Shown here piece after piece: positions 38,201 to 50,200 of a DNA stretch of 64,000 bases. Under the pieces are notes generated by a model. The model worked only from the letters and a program-made list of their open reading frames with translations, was not told where the DNA came from and made no database searches. This stretch comes from Eutreptiella sp. 'Long Island Sound 2002' (taxonomy: Eukaryota > Protista > Euglenida), in the NCBI GenBank assembly GCA_964036045.1, contig OZ038378.1, forward strand, positions 168,640,001 through 168,704,000. Reading direction: 5' to 3'. The translations under genes were made by a program, and so were the position numbers. Position 1 is the stretch's first letter; each line of letters starts with the position of its first letter.

Positions 38201-41200
38201 GGCGCCTATTGGCGTCGGACATGCTCTGTCTTGTTTGATGTCCAACTGACGAGGATTCTGACACTCGGATACTGAGTTGTTGCCCGTTTGTCTCGCAATA
38301 GTGTGTGTGTGTGTGTGTGTGTGTGTGTCAGAATGTGTGTAAGCCCGTGTCAAGCACATGTGCAGGTGTCGGGCTTCACTGTGTCTGGGTCGCCCAGAGT
38401 CAGCGGTGGCCTGTAATCCCCGAGTCCAGCGCAGGGGGACCTGAGACACCCTGAGAGGCCTGCCGTAGTACCTTCGGGGAGGGCTCTTCAGGGGTTGTCA
38501 AGACTCGTCGTGGACACACTCCCATCCCATCCCCTGCCATTAAGGGCAAACATGACCGCGGCTGATGCACACCGCTTGTTGACTGACGGTGGATGGCCAT
38601 TCTTTGAGTATGGCTGGCGGATGACTGAGGCCGACTGGCGATTAGCCCTGACTTTTCAAGTGGCGAAGGCATCATCCAGACGCACAACAGTAGGATACCG
38701 CTGGGTCCTGTTCCCCTTGTTCTCGCCTGTGCATGAGGGTTGTGGCCCAGGGGGGCGAGGAGGTGGGATGTGTCCGGCGTCTCACGCAACGCCGCACGGG
38801 GTGCACTGCCACAGAAGGCCACCAGTTGGGTATGCCGTCGCATCTGTTGTCACGACCAAGCACCAACGGCAGCAGCATGCCGCAGCATGCCGCAGCGCCA
38901 GATTCTGGGAGCCGTTGGTGGGGGTTTTGAAGCATGCCGCAGCATGCCGCAGCATGCCGCAGCGAGCCAAAATTTTCACATGGTGTACTTTTTTTTTCAT
39001 AACATGTCAAACCTGTGAACCCTTTGTTGCCCAAATGTCTCAGAACTGGATGGTAGCTCAGTGGTCTATGTGCCAGGTCTCAGCTTGGAGGGTCTTTTTT
39101 GCCTGTCAGTTCCTCTCTATTGTTGCACAGATCTTCGCTTTTTGCGCCAGGAGCGGCTGGAATACCTCAGACAGACCTGGAAATCCTCCATCTGGTCTGA
39201 GGAGGACGATGATTCCTACACGCTACCTGACCCTGAGATACCCCTAGTGTATTCTCTGCACTATGGGCAACAATGTTCCCCTAAGTGGGATGACGGCTCA
39301 GTACCTGCCAAAACGGCTGATCGGTAGAAAAAGAAAGAGCATGGTAAGAGCAACCTCCATGCCGAGGAGGATTTCCTGCAGAAAATCGAGAGTTTGAACC
39401 TTGACCCCCGACTGAAGAATCTGCTCCTAACCTATGACGAGGTGTTCGGCGCCCTGCCGCCTCCCCTGTCCTGCAAAAAACTGGTCCAGATGGACCTGAA
39501 ACTGAAACCTGAATTCGAGAAGACGCGAGTGAGACGTCGTCCCTATCCCGCTCCTCAGGAACAGGTTGAAGAAATCGAGCGCCAGATCCAGGAATGTATT
39601 GATGCTGGCCTCGTTGAAGAATATAAGAAGGGGGACTACCCCCATCACTGCAGTCCGTGCTTCCTGGTTGCTAAACCTGGATCGACTGCCCTACGACTGG
39701 TTGTTGACTATGGTGAGGTCAACAAGAAAACCCAAAACCACTCGGGGAGTATTCCCAACATGGAAAACACCCTGGAGCGTATTGCCAAATGCCGGTACAA
39801 AACCAAAATGGACAAACGCAGTGGTTTCTGGCAGGTGGACCTAACAGCCGCAGCTCAAGAACTGCTGGCCTTTATAACCCCTAAGGGTCGGGTGTTTAAA
39901 TGGAAGGTCATGCCTTTTGGGGTGGCTAATGCCCCGGCACTCTTCCAAGAACTGATGAACAAAATTTTGTCCATACTGAGGCGCAGACCTTTAGTACAGG
40001 AGTTGATTTCCCGAGGGGCAGAAATGGAGGCCCACATCGATGACGTGAGTTTGGGTACCAATACCCAAGAGGACCATGTCCTTCTCCTCCGTGAGTTTTT
40101 CATTGTTTGTCAGGAAAACCATCTCCGAATCAAACTCGAAAAATGCGAGTTCATGAAAGAAGAGATGGAGTATTTGGGTTTCGACGTGGGGTATGGCTGG
40201 TGGAAACCAGCCGCGTCTAAGATGCAGCCCCCACAGGACATGCAGATTCGCGATGACCCTAAGAAGGGTCTACACGACGTGAGGAGTTTTGTGGGCGCCT
40301 GTAACTTCTATAGGCGACACATCCACAATTTTACCTACTCTTCTGCCCCTCTCACTGACCTAATCAAGAAAACTACTCCCTGGAGGTGGACCGCCAGAGA
40401 GGAGGAGTGTTTCCAGGAGTTGAAGAAGAAAATTGCCTCCTCCAACTGCCTGGGAGTACCCCGCCCCAAGGGCGAGATAGTCCTGATCACTGATGCCAGT
40501 GATGTAGGGGGGGGTGGAACCATATACCAATGGCAAAAGCTTAACCCAGCTGAACTAACTCATTGCCATTATCGCACCACAAGGCTGAACCGTGATGGTT
40601 CCCTGAAGCACGACTATCCTTCCAGTGAGTGGCGACTTGTACCACTGGGACACTGGAACTGGAAATGGAACCAGGCGCGTTCCAATTACAGCACCTACGA
40701 CCACGAGCTCCTGGCTAGTATGCTGGTGCTCTCATCCCAGTCCCTACTATTGGGATCTAACCCTATTGTCTGGCTCTGTGACCAGGAACCAGTGAAGTCC
40801 TTTCAGAAGGGCCCACCAGCGGAAAAAGCGAAACTAAAACGGTGGTGGACTTACCTGAGCCAGTTCAGGCTGACAGTCCATCATATCCCTGGTATAAAAA
40901 ATGAACTGTCTGACTACATATCGCGCAACAATTTCGATGCGCTTATAGGTGAGAGCTCTGAGGCTCTTGCCAAAGAGGCTTTCCAGCGTATGGATGTCCA
41001 GCTTGACCTGTCTATGCGCACAGCTGGAATCCCCGAGGGTTGGAGCCTAACTGACTATCGGTCAGAATATAAAGAAATTATCCAGATCCTCAGCACTGGT
41101 CTCGAACCCCGTGTCATTGACGGGCACCAGTGGTATAAAAATAACCAGTACCTCTTCTACGAGGACCGTATAGTCGTGCCTGAGGCTCGACTCGATGGGT

Positions 41201-44200
41201 GTCTACAGTGGTCCCATCTCAGCTCAGGTCACAGTGGCGCTAATCGCTCAGTGCACTTCTTCCGAGAGTGTTTCTACTCTGGTCTAACCCTGATTGAACT
41301 CAGGTCCCGAATGCAGACCATTGTTGATGCTTGTGGCTATCATGCCAGCAAGCACAGCGATAGTAGGGATAGGGGACTCATTTCCAGCCTACCCATACCC
41401 TATTGTACTAACTCTCTTCTCTACGTGGATTTCATCCACCGCCTACCTCGCTTCGGCGGCTATGATAGTTGCCTAGTGGTCACCTGTGGCCTGTCCCGCT
41501 TCACCCGTGTGTTCCCTTGCAATAAGAAAATCACAGGTGAGCAGACTGTGAAAATGTTGGTCGAACAATGGTTTGAACCATACAGAGCACCTAAGCAGGT
41601 GCACTCTGATGAGGATGTACGCATCCGCAGTGACACAGGATGGTACAAACGAGTGCTAAATGCCCTCAACGTTGAGGTAACCACAGGTGTGCCCTATACC
41701 CACACGTCTAATCCTCGTTGCGAGAGACAAAACCGTGTGGTGGAACAGAACCTGAGAATCCTGATGAAACAGGAACGTACCAAAGACTCGGTACGCCTAG
41801 TGCCCTGGGCAGTGCTGACCATGAACTCTCAGAGGAGCTCTTCTACAGGTTTCACTCCCCACGAGCTATTTCATGGAGGACGACCTGCTTGGTTCTTCAA
41901 AACCCCCTTTCCCGAGGACTTCAAGAGCCCGGTTTGTGATTGGCTGGAACACAAGCAGTCCATGCCTAACCAGGCTGGGACTAACCTGAGACATATCCGT
42001 GAACGTGAAGTGAGCCGACGAAATCGCCTACGGCGACCCGCCAGTTTCAAGGTTGGTGACCTTATTTTGGTTCACCATTCACGCCTACCCTCCTGGCCCC
42101 GCAACTGCCTACAGGACCCTTATTTTGGGCCCTATCGTATCATCAGGATAGATGGATCTAGAATCCATGTCAGGTGCAGTCCACGTCTAGGTGGTGAACT
42201 GCTTTGTGCTCCTAAGCAGTTGAGGCACTATCACTCCCCTGATGATTTGTCCTGGGATTAGTGGCGCCTCAGCGACAGTGAGGTCGAGCGTATCGACCTA
42301 GAGAACGCTGCCAGCCCTGAGGAGGCAGACGAACTCGAAGAGATGACTGCCGATGAGATGGCAGTCGATGGTTACTACGTGGTTGCAGGTATTGCCCGCC
42401 ACGAATATAAACAGGGCTGCAAATTCCTAACCCTGTGGGATGGATATGGGCTATCTGAGGCGACCTGGGCACCTATGTCCGCCTTTATACATCCAGATGG
42501 GAGTATCAACCCCATCTTTCGCTCCTAGCTCATTGAGAACAACGAGGGACAGCTACTAACCCGTGCTGAGACTTTGTCCCAGCGGAAAAAGAAAAACTAA
42601 TCTCCTTGTGTCTATCTATTAACTGTTTTTTAACCTCCCAGGGGCGGTGAGCACTCCTGCGCTAAATAGCTAGGCCTACTGTGTGTGTGCCAGGATAGGT
42701 TCAGAACTCCTGTAGAGCTCCAGTTACGTTGAATGTACTAACTCCCACCCTCAATCGGGTTCGGCACTCCAAACACCTACACATCCGCTGCTTGCGGAGT
42801 ACTGCACCTGCCCTGGCTGTGCCCTGCAGTCCCATGCCTATGGTTACTGGCGTGAGCCAGGTGGCCGCTTATCAGGTTTGCAGCCACCCAGCGAGTGTGT
42901 GCCTTGTTGACCATGTGTTGCATGGGAATTGCCCTGATGTAATGACCTTGGGGAGCCAACGAAGAGCGGTGGCTTTTTACTCCAGGCGGGAATGACAAGC
43001 AAGGTGCTGTGAAGCAAGGTGTGTCCACCCTCCTTGGGGACAAGCGTGCCCACAGTTGGGACCCCTGACTGGTCCAGACCCATGGGGTTCTACCCTTCCT
43101 TACAGGGGTACCATACCCCTAAGTGTGCTACGTATGTCTGTATGTGTCTCACTTCACTCCCCGGCGTGGCTCCCGGAGACCGGGCTTCGCTGACCTCGGA
43201 CCGAAGGTCCTAATCAGGTACTATTACCACTCCTATGGCGCCCAATTTCTGTGCTGGCGCCTATCCTTTGGGGGAAGACGGCAAAAGCCCTACCTACTAG
43301 AGGGGAGGGGTGGCCAAGTGTGCTAAGGGCATGCAAAACGCCCATTTTTCTAAAGGCCAAAAGCTAACACACTCCCCTGCCCACGAGGAAAAGCACGCGG
43401 GACACCACTACACTACACTCACTAATGCCAGCACCAGCCTTCGAAAGCAGGGTGAGCACAACCGCACTCAGCCCCTTAGGTTCGGAACCGGTTTTACCAA
43501 TTAATCGGAAAAAACGGTTATCGGCAATAATCGGAGGTTATTTTGAAAACAATCGGCACAACCGGTTATTTTGAAAACCGATTTAAACCAATTAATCGGA
43601 TTGGCTCCAAATTTTTCAGGTTCCTTTTTGGCGGTATATTTTGTCCAATTTTTGAACTAAACAGAAGCTTTGGTCGCAACAAACGATGGCCGATGGTGAA
43701 TGACAACTTGTCATGTAGTTTTGATCACTGTGCTCCGACCTGTATGGGGTCGCTTCTGCCGATGGCAAGATTATGGTTAGTAAAGGGCAAATAATCGGAA
43801 AAACCGGTTAATTTGAAAACTATTAATCGGCAAAACCGGTTATTTTTGTAAAAATAATCGTTTAAAACCGGTTATTTTCAAAGCTACCAGGTTCCAAACC
43901 TTAGGTGCCGACCCTAACCCCTACAAACGCTACTGGGTGGTCATGGCGAAGAAGTCACGAGCCCTACTCGCCCCCCTGTGAAAGTGCAAGCGAACACAGC
44001 GCTACTAAGCGACTGTGGCCTAATAGGGACGTCACCACACGTTTCCCTGTCAGGGCTTGGAGGGAAGGAGTGCTCTGTTTGCGTACACAACGTGTATGGC
44101 AATGAGGTCGGACTGTCCTCTCCACTCCAGGCTGAGGTACAGTTTGTTGATTGTGTGATCTGCGCCCTTTTTAGCTTGGGCAGAAAAATCCAAAGTCGCC

Positions 44201-47200
44201 GAAGGCAACTGCTGCTGCACCAATCACCCTGACCTTGCCCACTTGTAAAGCAAAGGCAGATGAGACCTGGTTAGCGGCTGAGGAACCAAGCCAGCCTCCA
44301 CGTATTATATGCTTCTCAGGCTGACCTATAATACGCTGTCCTCTAACCAGGCCGCAAGCAAGCAAGCTTAAGGACTCCGCCCGTTCTCTTATAGAACGTA
44401 GGGCGGAGCCCTGGGTAGCCTAAGCAAGGGTTATACCGCGTGCACAGCGCGTGGCCTACATCCCTTTAATGCATTGTGCGTATGCAGGGAAGGGAGACGA
44501 TACACAGCCACTGTTTTCCCCTAATTTAACCCCCAGCAACCAATCATTGCGTGACTCAACCAGGAGGTGAGCTCCTCCTGGGCTTACCTACCTTTCTCAC
44601 CAAGCACCATGTGAATGCCGAAGGGAACACGAACGCAAGGACAACCCTAAGGGTTTAAACAACCCTACGGCGAGTTATAAACAACCCTAATCAATTAATG
44701 CATCGTGTGTCATGCATGCCCTTCTTACCTTGTTACCTACAGAAGAATGAGAGGGAATGGCGAGCAACTGCACAGCGCAAAACAAGCCGAAGCGTTTTAA
44801 GCAACCCAATTTTAGCGCTACGGCAACACGAGCACGAGCAAGCACTTTCCTTTCAGACCTGTGAAGAAAAGAGAAGGGTGGATTAGGGCACAGGGAAAGC
44901 GCCACAACGTGTGAATGCCTAGATTAGGCACATGCATCGCGAGCACAGCGCATACACTAACCCTACGTGCGCGCTAGGTGCTCCATTCGTTACACATACC
45001 TTTCATTTCCGTATTGACCTGTGCAGAGCGAAGGAAGTGAATACCCGGACCCCCAACGAACGCCACGATGACAACCCTAGCGTTTTACAAAACAACCACC
45101 ACAAACGCAATGCATGCGTGTGACATGACACTAACATACCTGAGAGGTGGGTTGTCCACCTGCTCTGTTGTGTGGGGTTCTGTTCAATACTTTTTCCTAA
45201 AGTTTATAAAATTTTTGATGCAACTGTGCAAAAATTTCTTTTAAAAGCTTTAAAAACCACGGCTCATACCTTTTTATTCAGGAGCCGTTTACGCTTGCGC
45301 AACTCTTTTTGGGAGTGCGCTCCTGTTGCGCTTGTCTTCGACTTTAGGTTTTAGTCTAGAAATGACGATTTCTAACGTCGCTTTGTCAATTTTTAGCGAT
45401 TTGACTTCTTAAATCGCTAACCCTTTCGCTAAACCACAGGATTCACTCCCTGTTGGTTCCATTTTCTATTTTTTTCAGCTCCTGGAGTTTTGTGCCCTCC
45501 ATTGGGAGTATTGCTCCGCCCTGGCCTTTGGTCAGGACGTTTACTAAAACACTGTTTATACAGCGATCGCCGTCCACATTAGAGCGTTCGACTGTACCCT
45601 AGTGGGCAAGCATGTGTGCTCTAGGGAGGGAGTCCTGGGTTCAAACCCCACTACCCCCAAATTTTTTACCAAAAGTTTTCGCTGCACGCTGGCGACTTTT
45701 GAGGAATGCCCCCTCGAAGGGACATCATCCACGGTACATTACACTGTTTTTCAAGGGTACCTACCGTGTGATAGGCTTCTATGAACTGATGGGAATGTCT
45801 TTGGCTGGTTTAATGCATTTTCTGAGGTAATTTTGGGGAAGTTTGAGCCTTTTTCCTTGGTCCTACTAGCTTGATCAACTAGTGCTCCAGGGGGGAGTAA
45901 GAAAAAGTCACTGCCATGTCTTTCTTGGAGGACTTGATCCAGGCCAAGCCCCCCTAAAACCCTTTTGTTGATGCTGAGACTTACTTAATCATTTTTATCT
46001 TTCTTTTGAAGTTTAAAGTACACTTTCTCAAAGTAACTAGGGTTATAACCCTAGCCCCCCATGAAGTTCACCCCTACCACTCAACTTAGCGGAGGTATCT
46101 TCCTTCATGGAGGTTATACCGAAATAAAGTAGGCACTTCATGCCTAAGGCCTTGTAGGTTAAGCCTAGTGGTCCCCCACCTCAAGAACCCTATACTCAAT
46201 TGATTCTACCATTTATTATGGTTCTACTTTTTAACTGTTTCTGAATTCAGTTGCTTGGCCAAGTCATATTCTGTGTCTGGCTTAACTCTTATGTCCCAGA
46301 TTCCTAACCAACTCCATTTCATCCAAAAGAGTGCACATGAAGTGCTTGATGCTAACTTGGAGGCCAGAGTCATGCCTGTTTTCACATAAAAGTCATTTGT
46401 TTCATCCAATTGTGATTGAATCTTTTTACTTAAGCCTGCTTTGTCTATCTGCAGCCCTTCTGTGATACACTGGATTTCAAAACTATTCATTTATTCGATC
46501 CACATCGTGTTCTTGCTCTACTTGCTGCTTTGGTTCTGTTTTTCAACACCAAAACCTGCAGGATTTCATCAAAACTATTAGGGCATTAAACAAGGACATC
46601 TTTCTCTCAGAATAGGTCATTTGTCTCTAATCCCCTTGCATTTCATGTGTTGATTTGTCTGATTTTGTTAAATTACACCTCATTCTCGACCAGGACACGG
46701 TTTGGTATTCTTCGTGGATACATTTACGTGTCTTTTAACTTAGTTAGGCTTCTTTTCGTTTGATTTGGTTGTTTTTCATGTCTCATTCTTGTACATTCTG
46801 GTGTCATCTACCCTGATTCAGCCACAATCCATTGGATTTTGGGGACATTTGTGTAAATTTTGCTGTTACGAAGCGCGTTTTTCGGCTTTCGGCCACACTC
46901 ACTCCTTCGTTGACCCGGTAACACACCCCAGTGTGTTCTTGGAGGGGGAGTGTAAGTGCGGCTACCCTCAATCCGCGCAGATCTCAGGTCAATTACCCCC
47001 CATTTGGTCAGATTTAGATCATTTCCGGAGATCTATATATTCGGCGCCCCCCAAATTTTTACCGGAACAGTTCCTGTATATTATGGACACGCCGGACTCA
47101 TTTCTGGTGTCCGTTGCGGCTGAGATGGTCGCGTTCCGATGATTTGATTGGAATCGCCGGCGCGCGTGCGCAAACCAAATTAGCCAAATATTTTTTCATA

Positions 47201-50200
47201 AGCGGATTTTTTATAAATTATACAGGAAGAGTTATTGTGATTCATATGTATCATATTATCCGCCTACATTTTCTTGTAGACTGGGATTTTTTGCAAGTTC
47301 ATATCTTCATCTTCATTGGCTTCGCTGTCGTGCTTGTATATCATGGACCCCAAGGGCAAGGCCACAGCACCGACCCCTCCATACCGACGGGACGCTAAGA
47401 AGGGATACCTGCCCTCAGATGACCTTCCCCATGCCGGCCCTGAGCCCTCCGGCTACGCTCCGAGGAGTTTTCTTAAGGGGAATAGCTTAGACCACCACCG
47501 CGTTAGTTTCGCTTTCTCCGCTGGTGGGCCCTTCTGAAAGGACTTCACCGGTTCCTGGTCACAGAGCCAGACAATAGGGTTACATCCCAATAGTCGGGAC
47601 TGGGATGAGAGCACCGGTGTTGTTTTGACATGTCGCAATATGAGCAATGAGACGCTGCGCCATTTGGCAATGATGTATGGCAATAAAATGGACAAGAAAC
47701 GCAAAACTGAGGAGGAGCAGTAGAAACACGCCCAGTTATGAGTTGATTCAGCAGTGTTGACATTTACAGGGGGTTAGGGCATGTGATTCACTGTGTTTTG
47801 GTCTAGTTTTTGAAACCTGTGCCGCTTTCGGAAAATGATGGTACCCTTAACCAACAGCTTGAAGCATGCCACAGCATGCTGCAGCATGCCGCAGCATGCT
47901 GCAGCGAGCCAAAATTTTCTTGGGGACCGTTGGTGCTTGGTCACGACCTTCATTGCCCTGAGTTTCAATTGGGACATTGTCCCGCAGTGACCTGCGGTGA
48001 TCGAATCGGTGTGATCACAGTCGCCTTTTCTTGACCCAGGGTCAGATTTTTTTCCGACCCGGAGGATCCCCCCCCCCTCCTCACCGTCTCCATATCCCCG
48101 TCAAACAACAATGTAGTGGGCAGCGGTTGCGCGAATTTTTTTTGGCGTTTTTATCTTTCCTTGTCCTCTTTGCTGACTCACAGATGCGGCGCCAGGTATT
48201 TCTTTTCTGTTGCTTTGGCGTCAGGTGTTGATACGAACGAAATGGTGGAACATCATAAATGTGATGCGTCATGTGGGCGGGTGTTTCTCTCTTGCTCTTG
48301 CTCGTGCCCTTTCACATCAGATTCATTGGATGTTGTTCCTGTTCACAGGCCAGGGCATCATGGCACGTTGACGCAGGTCAGGCTTGACACGAGAGCGGTT
48401 GTGTCCGCTGCTTATGACAACTGTGTTAAGATTTGGCCCATCGATGCCGATTTGCCTTTGGCCACCCTCACGGATCACCAGGTGTTGCCTGTGCTTCGTT
48501 TCTATGTGGGAGGCTTGGGTCGTGCCAGGCTGTGCACCGCGGGAAGAATGACCACCCGCCGTGGGTCCAAGTCATTTGGGGGAGGGGGGGGGCTCACACA
48601 CACGGAACCACAGAGAGGCAGGTTGTGGATGGCCTGAGGATGGAGGTGTGTGGACAGCAAACACAGTCAAACGACCCCCACAACAACCAGCACAACCCCA
48701 GTACGCCAACTGCTGGGCGCCGCTGACGCTTAAACGGCACATACTGCCACATCCAGCACAGCCTCAGCAGCCGTAGCAACTGAAATGGAGCAGCATGAAC
48801 AGCAAATGCATGCCCGCCAGGCTTGTGCCCAGTAACCCAGGGGTTGGGGGGTTGAGAGACTTTGGAACTTTTCTCTAACGCTTTCACTTTACCCACCGGA
48901 TTTGGGTCAGTGGATGCCTCTACTTAGCCCTCAGTAATTCAGGTTTACCCCGTGTCTGATCGCAATGCAGCCCCCAGACAAAGTTCAGCGACCCTCTCCA
49001 GATTTTCTGTCATGCCTTCCTCATGCACCAACCCATTCTCAAACCCAATGACCCGCCATAAGCTCCGGCGTATGTGGGGCAGACAGTGGGAATTCCCGGG
49101 GGGCGCTGCATGGCCTCTTTGAGGCACACATCTCGCCACACCGACTGACCGGCGAAGGGGCTTCTCATGACCGCACATAAGAAGCCGTGCCAGACCTGTT
49201 TATCAAACAAAGACTTGCCAATGAAACCGAGTTTTTCGTCAATCACATGTCATTTTATCGTTGGAAAGAGCAGTGACTGTGGACAATCGAGGGGAGACAA
49301 GTGTACTACACTCGGAGTCTGAACACCGCCGATGGTTTTTTGGGTTACAGCCCTGTACAGTGCCAAAGGCTGTACCGTTGGCACCTGTTGACACAGCTGG
49401 CCAACATCATGACACAGCGGGTGGAGGGTGAGGAAAACCCACCAATGAGGCTAAGGGCTGACGTGCGTTATGCGTGTGCTGCATCGCAGCGATGACTTCA
49501 CCCACGGGTAGATCCGTTTTGGCACAGCATCTGACGTTTACATTGTCACTCGCTCGCTCGCTCGCTCGCTCGCTTAAATGATGGGCATTTGTTTGGGGGA
49601 GGTCCCACAGTGCCTCTCGCATGTCCTACCGCGTTCTTAGGACACGCCCCACCATCTCTTGTACGAGGCCGATTGCGATTGGCTGTGCACTGCATCGGAC
49701 AGCACCATTCTGCTGCACGATTTGCGAACTCTGGAGCTGCTGCGGTCGTATTCTGCGCAGACCACTCGCCGCATCTCCTGCGTGCACCGGGACGGCAATC
49801 TGATGGCGTATGGCAACAACGGCGGGTGTGTTCTGGACCGGGGACCCGCGTGCCCGGCATGACCCATCCAGAGGACCCCGCTCCCTGGGCCAACCGCTTT
49901 ACAGACCGACAGCTCAGCCGCCCTTGTTCGGCCGTGCACCACGACTTCGATGCCGGATTGGCATTGCGTACCGCACATTGGTCATCAGTGGCCACTCATG
50001 ACTCAGAAATCACGACACAAAAGAGCGCGCGCATAAAAACTGTCGTTTAATTATCAATCGCGCTCAGAGGACGACTAAAGGCCGTCGGTTGCGTTGAGAT
50101 GAACTTTGATCGAGACTGACCGCCAAAACCGCCAGGCGATCGACCGTCCACTGCTCATCGGGGGACCTGGACTTCCTGTACGGAGAACGCGCAAACAGGC

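Noticed and set aside
39045-39100. tRNA gene (GGTAGCTCAGTGGT A-box-like)
   Set aside because: No B box or cloverleaf downstream.
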